A DNA stretch of 64,000 nt from Minisyncoccia bacterium (GTDB taxonomy: Bacteria > Patescibacteriota > Minisyncoccia > Phycocordibacterales > UBA9973): contig JBAQFO010000014.1 in the NCBI GenBank assembly GCA_049287305.1, forward strand, positions 64,453 through 128,452. Reading direction: 5' to 3'. A program made the position numbers and the translations under genes. Of the stretch, positions 19,764 to 27,745 are shown piece by piece; position 1 is the first letter of the stretch; every line of letters starts with the position of its first letter. The notes under the pieces are model-generated. The model did not search any database and was not told where the DNA came from. It worked only from the letters and a program-made list of their open reading frames with translations.

Positions 19764-19800
19764 GGGGCAGTCTTCGGACATAAGACCCCTTTTTCTTTTT
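19764..19800 (+). terminator. Terminator-like hairpin GGGGGCAGTCTT...AAGACCCC followed by TTTTTCTTTTT
   Basis: Seen directly, at the end of the GC-rich unit. Confidence 0.45.
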
Positions 19801-19839
19801 GCATTTGATTTTACAAATAAATATGTTACTATATAAATA

Positions 19840-20020
19840 TAGCCTTTGAACCAGATGACACTGGGGAGGCAAGGGAAGAAAACCTTTGGTTATTAGACCC
19901 CTTCGTTTAACCACGTTACGGTTATAATTAAGTAAAAAGTAGGGTGGCACCGCGAGCAAAATCGCCCCTGCAAATTTATCAATAAAGATAAGTTTGGAGA
20001 GGCGATTTTGTTTTTTGTGC
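19840..20020 (+). promoter_or_regulatory. T-box riboswitch leader, probably Asp-specific, with a reduced Stem I
   Basis: Exact T-box core AGGGTGGCACCGCG at 19941-19954. TGGC implies N=C, pairing with a G73 discriminator as in tRNA-Asp. Candidate specifier hairpin CCAG-atGACa-CTGG at 19851-19864 (GAC = Asp codon). Terminator 19956-20017 (GCAAAATCGCC...GGCGATTTTG plus TTTTTTGT) whose 5' arm abuts the T-box core. Upstream TTGATT/TATATA promoter-like elements at about 19805/19830. Downstream operon contains aspS. Confidence 0.7.
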
Positions 20021-20046
20021 TATTATTAAACTAATTAGAAATAAAA

Positions 20047-20430
20047 ATGAACCAAGAAATTAAATTAGAATACATACATTTATGCGACTTCGCATCCCCA
20101 GCCCCTAGCGGAAAAGTTAATCTTTTGGGAATTTTCGATTCCTTTTTAGCCACAAAAGCTCCTGATTTTTATGTGGTAGTTAAAATTATTAACGCGGAGC
20201 CTCAAAAAGAGTACAAGATTTCGTTTGAAGTTGTTTCAGTAAATGATAATAAAAGAATTTATGTAGATCAGAACCCTATTCAAATTCCTTCAACTAACAC
20301 CAACTCAACTTTTAATATTCTACAATTAATTAAAAATTTAGATTTTCTAAGCTTCGGAACCTACAAAATTACAGCTTTAGTGGACGGCAACCCTATAGGA
20401 TATAAACAACTAGAAGTTAAAAAATCCTAA
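20047..20430 (+). CDS. Hypothetical small protein (127 aa), first gene of the T-box-controlled aspS operon
   Basis: ORF begins 27 nt after the terminator T-run; aspS follows 9 nt after its stop. Confidence 0.5.
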   Translation: MNQEIKLEYIHLCDFASPAPSGKVNLLGIFDSFLATKAPDFYVVVKIINAEPQKEYKISFEVVSVNDNKRIYVDQNPIQIPSTNTNSTFNILQLIKNLDFLSFGTYKITALVDGNPIGYKQLEVKKS

Positions 20431-20439
20431 ATTAAATAT

Positions 20440-21951
20440 ATGGAAAATTCACGCGACGAAAGCTTAAAAACATTTTCTATAGGCTACTTAACAGAGTCCT
20501 CCTCCTCTGTTTACAGTTCTTCTTATCCTAAAATAAAAGTTCTTGGAAGAATTCTGATTAATGATTTACGAAACCATATTGATACGGAAGTAACAATCAA
20601 AGGGTGGATAAACATACGACGCGACCAAGGTAAAATGGTTTTTTTCGATTTTCGCGATAGTTCTGGATTTATTCAAGGCGTTGTTTTGCCTAATAGTGGT
20701 GCTTTGGAAGTTGCAAAAATAGCTAGACCTGAATGGGTGGTAGAAATTACTGGAAAAGTTAGCAACCGAATAGGAAAGACGATAAACACCAACATTCAAA
20801 ATGGGGATATTGAACTACAAGTTTCCTACATCAAAGTGTTAAATGAAGCTAACACGCCATATTTTGAAATCAACACAGAAGGCTACGAGATAGGGGAAGA
20901 GCATAGGCTGAAATACAGGTATCTGGACTTACGCAGGTCGCGGATGCAGAAAAATATCCGCCACAGGCATAAAGTCGTTAAATTTATCCGGGATTACCTG
21001 GACAAAGAAAATTTTATTGAAGTTGAAACTCCGATATTAACCAAGTCTACTCCCGAGGGCGCGCGTGACTACATAGTGCCTTCCAGGCTTTGGCAGGGGA
21101 CGTTTTACGCCCTTCCGCAATCACCGCAGCAGTACAAACAGCTTTTGATGGCTTCCGGCGCCGAAAAATATTTCCAAATCGCACGCTGTATGCGGGACGA
21201 AGACACTCGGGGGGACAGGCAGCCGGAGTTTACTCAGCTGGATATGGAAATGAGTTTCGTGGATAGAGAAGACGTAATGTCTCTGAACGAAGCGCTTTTG
21301 ATAAACATAGTGCAGACTCTTTACCCCGAGAAAAAAATCCAGGAAATTCCTTTTCCGAGGATTACCTACAAGGAGGCGATAGAAAAATACGGGACCGACA
21401 GGCCGGACTTCAGGAAAGACAAGGATGACAAAAACCTTCTGGCTTTTTGCTGGGTTATCGATTTTCCTTTTTTCGAACGCACGGACAAGTCGGATAACGC
21501 GCAGACGGAAGGCGAGTGGACCTTCACCCACAATCCTTTTTCCCGCCCGCAAAACGAACATATGGAAATGCTGATGGGCAAAAAAGACATCGGGGACATT
21601 TTAACCACTCAATACGACGTGGTTCTAAACGGCTCGGAGATAGGGGGAGGCAGTATCAGAAACCACGAACCGGAGGCTCTCAGAAAAGTTTTTGAGATTA
21701 TGGGCTATTCATCCGAACGCATTGAAAAAAACTTCAGCCACATGCTGGAAGCCTTGGGTTCTGGCTGCCCGCCACACGGAGGCATCGCCTGGGGGTTTGA
21801 CCGGCTGATGATGCTTCTCGAGAACGAGCTAAACATACGGGAAGTGATAGCCTTTCCAAAAACCGGCGAAGGCAAAGACCTGATGATGAATTCACCGTCT
21901 GAAGTTTCCGAAAAACAGCTCAAGGAGCTTGGCATCAAACTTGGTAAGTAA
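20440..21951 (+). CDS. aspS: Aspartyl-tRNA synthetase (compact form, no GAD insertion; possibly non-discriminating)
   Basis: N-terminal OB-fold anticodon-binding domain. Class II motif 2 region FYALPQSPQQYKQLLMASGAEKYFQIARCMRDEDTRGDRQPEFTQLDMEMSF, and motif 3 GSEIGGGSIR. Confidence 0.85.
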   Translation: MENSRDESLKTFSIGYLTESSSSVYSSSYPKIKVLGRILINDLRNHIDTEVTIKGWINIRRDQGKMVFFDFRDSSGFIQGVVLPNSGALEVAKIARPEWVVEITGKVSNRIGKTINTNIQNGDIELQVSYIKVLNEANTPYFEINTEGYEIGEEHRLKYRYLDLRRSRMQKNIRHRHKVVKFIRDYLDKENFIEVETPILTKSTPEGARDYIVPSRLWQGTFYALPQSPQQYKQLLMASGAEKYFQIARCMRDEDTRGDRQPEFTQLDMEMSFVDREDVMSLNEALLINIVQTLYPEKKIQEIPFPRITYKEAIEKYGTDRPDFRKDKDDKNLLAFCWVIDFPFFERTDKSDNAQTEGEWTFTHNPFSRPQNEHMEMLMGKKDIGDILTTQYDVVLNGSEIGGGSIRNHEPEALRKVFEIMGYSSERIEKNFSHMLEALGSGCPPHGGIAWGFDRLMMLLENELNIREVIAFPKTGEGKDLMMNSPSEVSEKQLKELGIKLGK

Positions 21952-21962
21952 AGTATTACGTA

Positions 21963-22292
21963 ATGCATTACATATTATCAGGTAAGGTGATAAGAGGGGA
22001 TGGATACGGCAGAAAGATAGGATTCCCTACGGCTAATTTGGAAGTTATAGACCAAGAACTTCCACCCGAGGGAGTTTACTCGGGAGAGGCAATGTTGGAA
22101 AATAAAAAATATAAGGCGGGCATAGTGATAGGGCCGGGTGATAAGGTTGAGGCGCATCTGATAGGGTATAATGGAGATGCTTATGGTAAAAATGTTACTT
22201 TGGAAATAAATAAATTCCTGAGAAATTATATAAAATTTGAAACGGAAGAGGCGCTTATTTTACAAATTAAAAAAGATATAAGTCTATGCTAA
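21963..22292 (+). CDS. Riboflavin kinase (stand-alone RFK domain)
   Basis: GKVIRGDGYGRKIGFPTANL...GVYSGE...HLIGYNGDAYGK matches the RibF C-terminal kinase domain. Confidence 0.7.
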   Translation: MHYILSGKVIRGDGYGRKIGFPTANLEVIDQELPPEGVYSGEAMLENKKYKAGIVIGPGDKVEAHLIGYNGDAYGKNVTLEINKFLRNYIKFETEEALILQIKKDISLC

Positions 22293-23212
22293 AAATTTAT
22301 CAAGGTCCTGTGTTTATTATCATCGCGGCGTTACTTTGGGCTTTTGACGGACTCATTCGCCAGCACTTGTATTCGCTGCCGCCAATCACAATAATTTTCT
22401 TCGAACACCTAATAGGACTCCTTATTTTGTCTCCGTTCGTATTTAAATATATTTTTAAGACAAAATTATCTGGGCGCGATTGGGGGCTTGTCATTTTGAT
22501 AGCAATTCTAAGCGGTCTTTTCGGCACGCTCTGGTTTACTACCGCGCTAGGAAAGGTGCATTTCATTACTATCTCTGTGGTGTTCCTCCTCCAGAAGTTA
22601 CAGCCGATTTTTGCCATAACCACTGCGAGAATTTTCTTGAAAGAAAAACTGGACAGCAGATATATAAAATGGGCGGTTCTGGCAATCGTTTCAGCTTACT
22701 TCGTTACGTTCCCAAATGGAGTCGTTAACCTGGAAACCGGGGAAGGCACCGCCATAGCCGCGCTTTACGCCCTCGGAGCGGCTTTCGCCTGGGGGTCTTC
22801 TACCACTTTTTCCAAAATGCTTTTAGGCAAAATTGATTTCAAGGTGAGCACCTTTTACAGATTTCTGGTAACCGTGGTTGTGGCATTACCTGTTTTGTAT
22901 TTATTTGGGAGAGGAGGGGAAGCGGGTTCTCCAAGTATTTTAGTTCCATCCATCTCACAGTTTGGATTCTTGGCGATTATTGCTTTGTCTACCGGCATGG
23001 TGGCGCTTCTTATATATTACAAAGGCCTCGCGAAAACTCCGGTGCATATTTCAACCATTCTGGAACTAACTTTTCCTTTCATCGCGATATTTTTAGATAT
23101 GATAGTAAACGGCACGGCGCTTTCCTTGTCACAGTGGGTTGCCGCCGTAATCCTGGTATTTAGCATCTATAAAATTTCTCGTTTACGGGAAAGCTTCTCT
23201 GTTGTAATCTAG
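22286..23212 (+). CDS. EamA/DMT-superfamily transporter
   Basis: 308 aa with about 10 TM helices and duplicated EamA-like halves. Confidence 0.6.
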   Translation: MLKIYQGPVFIIIAALLWAFDGLIRQHLYSLPPITIIFFEHLIGLLILSPFVFKYIFKTKLSGRDWGLVILIAILSGLFGTLWFTTALGKVHFITISVVFLLQKLQPIFAITTARIFLKEKLDSRYIKWAVLAIVSAYFVTFPNGVVNLETGEGTAIAALYALGAAFAWGSSTTFSKMLLGKIDFKVSTFYRFLVTVVVALPVLYLFGRGGEAGSPSILVPSISQFGFLAIIALSTGMVALLIYYKGLAKTPVHISTILELTFPFIAIFLDMIVNGTALSLSQWVAAVILVFSIYKISRLRESFSVVI

Positions 23213-23218
23213 TAATTT

Positions 23219-24079
23219 TTAATTCTTTGGAAGGCTTAGAACTTTTACTAAGCCTGCGTCTACTCCGCCTAAAATCGCATTGGTGGTAAAAATCTCATTA
23301 CACTTGCTTCCGAGCAACTTTTCTGGGATTTTCTCCCCGCAAAATACTCCATGCGTGGCGCCCACGATTATTTTCTTGGCGCCCTTAGCCTTTAGGTGTT
23401 CTGATGCCCGCATAATTGTTCCGCCGGTAGCTATTATGTCGTCTAGGATACAGACATTTTTTCCTTTCACATCCAAAAGCTCATTTAATTTGTTTTCCAT
23501 GTTTACTTTCGTTTCCACTTCGCCCTTTTTTATACGCACACGTTTCTTGTGAAGAGAATATCCTTCGGCATTTTCAGTGAAATAAGAAGAACCTTGGTCA
23601 GGAGAAATAACGATAAATTTTTCCTTGCCGAAATATTTCCTGGCGTAGCCCATTAGCTGTTTGCCCGCGGAACAGTTCTCAATTTTAAGTCCGCTTCTGG
23701 TGAAATTCCCCGGCTTTGGCAGAAAGTGGCAGTCGTAAGTAATTAATTTTTTAACGCCTCGAGATTTCAGAAGTTCGCATATAACATTTGCGCTTATAAC
23801 GTCGCCCACCTCGTGTTCCTTGTCTTGGCGGGCGTAGGGGAGGTAAGGCACAAATAATTCAATTTGGCTTGTTTCTTTTTTAACCCGAGACAAGATAAGT
23901 AATAGCTCAAAAAGCCTCTTATCCGGTTCTGGGAACATTCTGTGATAGATAGTTACTTTTTTATTTTTTAGAGATTTTACTTTCGGGATAAATACATAAG
24001 ATTCGGTGTCGGGAAAATGCTTGATGATAATGTTGGGTTTGCCGAAGGAAGCTGCGTAAGGAGTTATTAATTTATGCAT
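23219..24079 (-). CDS. prs: Ribose-phosphate pyrophosphokinase (PRPP synthetase)
   Basis: PRPP-binding loop VCILDDIIATGGTIMRASEHLKAKGAKKIIVGATHGVF. Internal start MHKLIT at 24079 preferred over the ORF-track start at 24169. Confidence 0.8.
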   Translation of the reverse strand: MHKLITPYAASFGKPNIIIKHFPDTESYVFIPKVKSLKNKKVTIYHRMFPEPDKRLFELLLILSRVKKETSQIELFVPYLPYARQDKEHEVGDVISANVICELLKSRGVKKLITYDCHFLPKPGNFTRSGLKIENCSAGKQLMGYARKYFGKEKFIVISPDQGSSYFTENAEGYSLHKKRVRIKKGEVETKVNMENKLNELLDVKGKNVCILDDIIATGGTIMRASEHLKAKGAKKIIVGATHGVFCGEKIPEKLLGSKCNEIFTTNAILGGVDAGLVKVLSLPKN

Positions 24080-24295
24080 ATACGGGTATTGTATAAAACC
24101 CCACCGAAATACACAAATTGACGTCTCGGTAGCTGTCTGGTAATATATGTTTGTGAGTAAATTATTCAAAAATTTCGGAAACTATTATATCTGCCCAGCG
24201 GGACGGAACTTTTTGCGTTAATATTTTAAAATACGCAAAAAACCGCCCTGCTGGGCGGTTTTTTGTTTCTAAATTATCATATTAATTTGTAAAAA

Positions 24296-25012
24296 ATGAA
24301 ATTAAAAAATAGGAAGAATAAAAGTATTTTCAGGAAGTTTTCTAAAAAAGAACATGAAGTTTGGGGTATCTTATCGGAAAGGCGACTAAAAAGCTTAAAA
24401 GATAATGCTCACCCGATGCACAAGAAAGGGTGGAGAGTATTAAACTTAAATACAAAAAGGATTCCGGACTTTCGAGAGATAAACAAAAAACTAAAAAAAC
24501 TTACCGGCTGGCAAGTGGCTAGCACGGGGGTGCAATACGAAGAAGACGGGCCTTGGATTTCCAGTCTGGCCGAAAAGAAAATTAGAGTCACCGAATACAT
24601 CAGAGACAAGAAAGATTTGGATTACACACCCCTACCGGATGTTTTTCACGACGCCTTTGGTCATTTGCCGTTCTTGGCGGACGCGCAATACGCTCGCATT
24701 GCGCATAAATTTGGTTTGGCATACATACAAGCTGAAACAAAAGAAGACAAACTAAAAATTGCAAACAATTGGTGGTATGGGATTGAGTTCTCTTTCATAA
24801 AAGTGCGAGGTAAGGTGAAGGCTCTGGGAACCGGCCTGATATCTTCGGAGGGGGAGTTGAAGAATGCTTTGTCCGACAAGGTGGAAAAATTGCCTTACGA
24901 TGCGGAAATGGTAGGGAAGATAGACAGAAGCGCTCACAAATTTCACGACAAGCTTTTCATGTTGGAAAGTTTGAATCAACTAGAAGACATTGTTGATTCC
25001 TGGTTAAAGTAG
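24296..25012 (+). CDS. phhA: Phenylalanine-4-hydroxylase (short bacterial type)
   Basis: PDVFHDAFGHLPFLADAQYA (iron-binding His pair), WWYGIEFSFI and GTGLISSEGE align with the Chromobacterium-type PhhA core. Confidence 0.8.
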   Translation: MKLKNRKNKSIFRKFSKKEHEVWGILSERRLKSLKDNAHPMHKKGWRVLNLNTKRIPDFREINKKLKKLTGWQVASTGVQYEEDGPWISSLAEKKIRVTEYIRDKKDLDYTPLPDVFHDAFGHLPFLADAQYARIAHKFGLAYIQAETKEDKLKIANNWWYGIEFSFIKVRGKVKALGTGLISSEGELKNALSDKVEKLPYDAEMVGKIDRSAHKFHDKLFMLESLNQLEDIVDSWLK

Positions 25013-25024
25013 TATCATAAATTT

Positions 25025-25354
25025 ATGGATGACCTATTAAATCAAAAATGTGTTCCGTGTGAAGGGGGGATTATGCCTTTTGACAAAGGAACGGCGGAAA
25101 AATATCTATCCCGTATTTCGGGGTGGATGCTTGATGAAAAAGCGCAAAAGATATCCAAAGAATATAAATTCCAGGATTTTATTGGTGCGGTAAATTTCGT
25201 GAACCATGTGGCGGAAATAGCCGAATCCGAAGGGCATCATCCAGATATCAAAATTAATTACAACAAAGTTCTGCTTGAGCTATCCACTCACGCCATTGGC
25301 GGATTGTCGGAAAATGATTTCATATTGGCCGCGAAAGTGGATGCAAGTAAATAA
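25025..25354 (+). CDS. phhB: Pterin-4a-carbinolamine dehydratase
   Basis: EGHHPDIKINYNKVLLELSTHAIGGLSENDFILAAKVD, the canonical PCD/DCoH motif. Confidence 0.8.
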   Translation: MDDLLNQKCVPCEGGIMPFDKGTAEKYLSRISGWMLDEKAQKISKEYKFQDFIGAVNFVNHVAEIAESEGHHPDIKINYNKVLLELSTHAIGGLSENDFILAAKVDASK

Positions 25355-25369
25355 GAAAAAATAAAAAAA

Positions 25370-25409
25370 GGGCGTAGTAGTTGTGTTCCAAACTTGCTAC
25401 GTCCTTTTT
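25370..25409. terminator. Bidirectional terminator hairpin GGGCGTAG...CTACGTCC plus TTTTTG between convergent genes
   Basis: Seen directly between the phhB stop and the stop of the minus-strand small ORF. Confidence 0.4.
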
Positions 25410-25430
25410 GCGTGATGGTCCGTGGAGTGA

Positions 25431-25694
25431 TCAAAAGTCGATGTTTTCCTCGAAACAATTCTCACACCACGGAAGAGGCCGTTGTCCTTCGGCGTCGATG
25501 CTGTCCTCGAACCGGGGGAGTCTCCATTTGTGCTTGCCTGTGAGCGATTTTTCACACAGGAGACGCGCCCGCCTTTCTTTCTCCACTTCCAGGGCTTGGA
25601 GCATGATCATGCCCCAGCAATGATTGTGGTCCTGAAAAGGTTCGATGACCGCTAAAGTCTCTTTACGAGTAAGGAACAAATCCGATGCTTTCAT
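25431..25694 (-). CDS. Small Cys/His-containing hypothetical protein (87 aa) in the GC-rich island
   Basis: ATGA start/stop overlap with the upstream VanX-like gene. Contains HCWG and C-terminal WCENCF. Confidence 0.4.
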   Translation of the reverse strand: MKASDLFLTRKETLAVIEPFQDHNHCWGMIMLQALEVEKERRARLLCEKSLTGKHKWRLPRFEDSIDAEGQRPLPWCENCFEENIDF

Positions 25695-26380
25695 GCTTTC
25701 TCCTTTTGGGTTCGGAAAAGAACTGGGTTATATTTAGCATTTTGGCGTTTTTCCCAAAATGCCCATTCTTTATCTCCGTGAGAAAAGTGCCACCATTCTC
25801 CGTTGAAGGGGACAAAGCCACTTTCCATCATTGCCATCCTGAGATAGAGGCGATTTTTCCGTTGAAGTTCCGTGAGCTGAGTGGAAAAAGTGGTAATCTT
25901 TTCAGGGTCGCGAAAATCCGAAATTTTCGTACCCATGTCCAGCTCTTGGCCTTCTGCGTTAACCAGCGTGAGGTCTACTGCGCCCCCAGTCAGGTGTCCA
26001 GCAACTTCTGGAACTGCGATGAAGTTGTGTGTTAGGGAATACAGGTCCTCTTCCGACATACCCGCGTTTTCTTCGTCCCTCCGCAGCTTCTCCAACATTT
26101 CGTAGAACCGGCTTTCCTGCACCCGCGGATGGCGGTAGCCGTACACCACCAGCAGGAACATCGAGAGAAGTCTTAACTGGCCTGAGGCCATTATCAGTCG
26201 CTCAGCCACGTTTTGGCGGACAAAAATTTCGCTACCCGTGTATTCCTGCATCTCGGGGCGAGGCCTTGTTTGGAACAGGTCGTTTAAGGACACCATACTT
26301 TCCTTGGCTGTGAAGCTGTCGGCGTCTTTGATTGAGCGAACGTCTTTCCAAGTAACAATTCTTTTTTCCAGCATGTCCAT
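25691..26380 (-). CDS. ddpX: D-Ala-D-Ala dipeptidase, VanX/DdpX-like (peptidase M15D)
   Basis: HLTGGAVDLTL and GEWWHFSHGD are the VanX zinc-ligand and catalytic signatures. The gene is GC-rich (about 50%) against the AT-rich background. Confidence 0.8.
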   Translation of the reverse strand: MDMLEKRIVTWKDVRSIKDADSFTAKESMVSLNDLFQTRPRPEMQEYTGSEIFVRQNVAERLIMASGQLRLLSMFLLVVYGYRHPRVQESRFYEMLEKLRRDEENAGMSEEDLYSLTHNFIAVPEVAGHLTGGAVDLTLVNAEGQELDMGTKISDFRDPEKITTFSTQLTELQRKNRLYLRMAMMESGFVPFNGEWWHFSHGDKEWAFWEKRQNAKYNPVLFRTQKEKA

Positions 26381-26465
26381 ATTCTCCTCCTTGTCGAAGA
26401 ACTGTCAGGTGTTGCAAAACGCAAAACCCCTTCCGCTGGGAAGGGGTTAGCTTCAAAATTTATTT

Positions 26466-26834
26466 TTAAGCGTGGATACGCGAAGACAACCCTTTCCCAA
26501 CCGAAGTTTTGGATAGGGGATGGTGAGTTGAAAGTCTGGAAAGAACCAAGCGATATCCGCCTAGCGAGCCCTTGAGCCATTTGGAAATACGAGCGATGGT
26601 AGTGGAAGATAGGCCTGTAGACTCACTAATAGCATTGTATTGAACGTCTTCCGCAAGCAAGCGTGCAGTTTCCAGGCGACTGGAGAATTCTTTTATTTCG
26701 GCCGGAGTCAAAAGGTCGCGCATAAAACGCTTGGTTTCATCGGAATTTTTTAAAGCCAAAATAGCTTCCACCAGCTGTCTGTTGCTTTTGGTGGTCCAAT
26801 CCAAGTTTTTGTTTTTCTTAGCTGCTTTTTTCAT
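26466..26834 (-). CDS. TrpR-like YerC/YecD family DNA-binding protein (second paralog)
   Basis: LTPAEIKEFSSRLETARLL...YNAISESTGLSSTTIARISKWLK, same fold as the gene at 16829. Confidence 0.7.
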   Translation of the reverse strand: MKKAAKKNKNLDWTTKSNRQLVEAILALKNSDETKRFMRDLLTPAEIKEFSSRLETARLLAEDVQYNAISESTGLSSTTIARISKWLKGSLGGYRLVLSRLSTHHPLSKTSVGKGLSSRIHA

Positions 26835-26841
26835 ATATACT

Positions 26842-26920
26842 CCACTTTACTAAACTAAAGTGTTTTAATCAAGTAAAGTGGAAGGGTAGGGTGTGGATAA
26901 CTTTACTTAACTAAAGTGGT
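26842..26920. promoter_or_regulatory. Two copies of the quasi-palindrome CACTTTACTAAACTAAAGTG / ACTTTACTTAACTAAAGT directly upstream of the TrpR-like gene (candidate operators)
   Basis: Seen directly at 26842-26862 and 26899-26920. The 18-nt core recurs at 36652-36669. Confidence 0.35.
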
Positions 26921-26957
26921 GGGGGAATTGTCTAGCTAGTGTAGCATATTCGAATTC

Positions 26958-27707
26958 TTGAAATTTTTAAACTGCGTAAAAACGCCATACTTGAGGTATA
27001 ATGAAAATATGAGCGTCCCAGCTTCTAGCCAACAAGGAATTTCCAAAGAGCAAATTGAATATTTTATAACTTGGGCTAAGCGCTTGGTGGATGACGATGC
27101 CGTTGTGGAGAAAACTCCTCATGGGGATGAAGCACTGGTATATAAGGTGGATAGTAAAAAAGGAAATTACTTTCTTAAAATAAAACCCGGTTCAAAATCT
27201 ACAAAGGAGCTAGATCGACTAAAGTGGTTTAAGGAGAAGCTGCCGGTTCCAGAGGTTGTGGGTGCGGTGGAAAAAGATGGTTCACGAGCTATGCTCACGA
27301 CGGCGCTTCTAGGGAAAGACCTTAAGGAGCTTGCCCAAGAGTGGCCTGCGGAGAAAGTTGTTGAAAAACTGGTAGAAATTTTGCACACATTCCATAGTGT
27401 GGATGCAAAGAGTTGGCCGTTTGATGAGCCGGCATTCGGCAAGATTATTATTCACGGGGATGCATGCTTGCCCAATTTTATATTTAACAAAGATAATTTT
27501 TCAGGATACATTGATTTAGGGGGCGCGGAATTGGGGGATAGAGATGTTGATTTAGCTACCGCCATTTGGAGCTTGGAATACAACTTGGGTAAGGGTTACG
27601 GACTTCAGTTTTTACAAAAATACGGATATGAAAATCCCACCGAAGAAATTGTAGAAAAACTTTGCCTGTCAGAAGAAGCCCGCCAGCGTGAACTAGGATT
27701 TTTATGA
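26958..27707 (+). CDS. Aminoglycoside 3'-phosphotransferase-like kinase (APH family)
   Basis: IIHGDACLPNFIF...SGYIDLGGAELGDRDVDLA closely resembles the APH(3') catalytic loop and DFG-like motif. Start ambiguous (internal Met at 27009 possible). Confidence 0.7.
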   Translation: MKFLNCVKTPYLRYNENMSVPASSQQGISKEQIEYFITWAKRLVDDDAVVEKTPHGDEALVYKVDSKKGNYFLKIKPGSKSTKELDRLKWFKEKLPVPEVVGAVEKDGSRAMLTTALLGKDLKELAQEWPAEKVVEKLVEILHTFHSVDAKSWPFDEPAFGKIIIHGDACLPNFIFNKDNFSGYIDLGGAELGDRDVDLATAIWSLEYNLGKGYGLQFLQKYGYENPTEEIVEKLCLSEEARQRELGFL

Positions 27708-27745
27708 AAAATGTAAAACTTTTATCTAGATGATATACTAATAAT

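Noticed and set aside
19404-19781. Minus-strand 125-aa ORF in the GC-rich island
   Set aside because: GC-rich DNA is open in many frames. This frame has no RBS or start context, unlike the plus-strand frame, which has AAGGAG-N7-ATG.
19380-19800. Considered RNase P RNA, tmRNA or SRP RNA as the identity of the GC-rich island
   Set aside because: The conserved cores are absent on both strands: no GGAAAGUCCGGGCU or ACAGAA...GGCUUA P4 elements for RNase P, no GGGG...UUCGAC 5' end or TPsiC-like/CCA 3' end and no tag-peptide frame for tmRNA, and no SRP domain IV GGAA/AGCAG motifs. Only a weak AAAGTCC match was seen.
24080-24169. Longer N-terminus for prs (MNNLLTNIYYQ...)
   Set aside because: It has no homology to the PRPP synthetase N-terminus. 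The internal Met at 24079 gives a conventional start, though class-specific N-termini vary, so confidence is moderate.
24236-24268. Hairpin CCGCCC-tgct-GGGCGG plus T-run upstream of phhA as an attenuator
   Set aside because: More simply a bidirectional terminator or insulator between the divergent prs and phhA genes. There is no leader-peptide or alternative-structure evidence.
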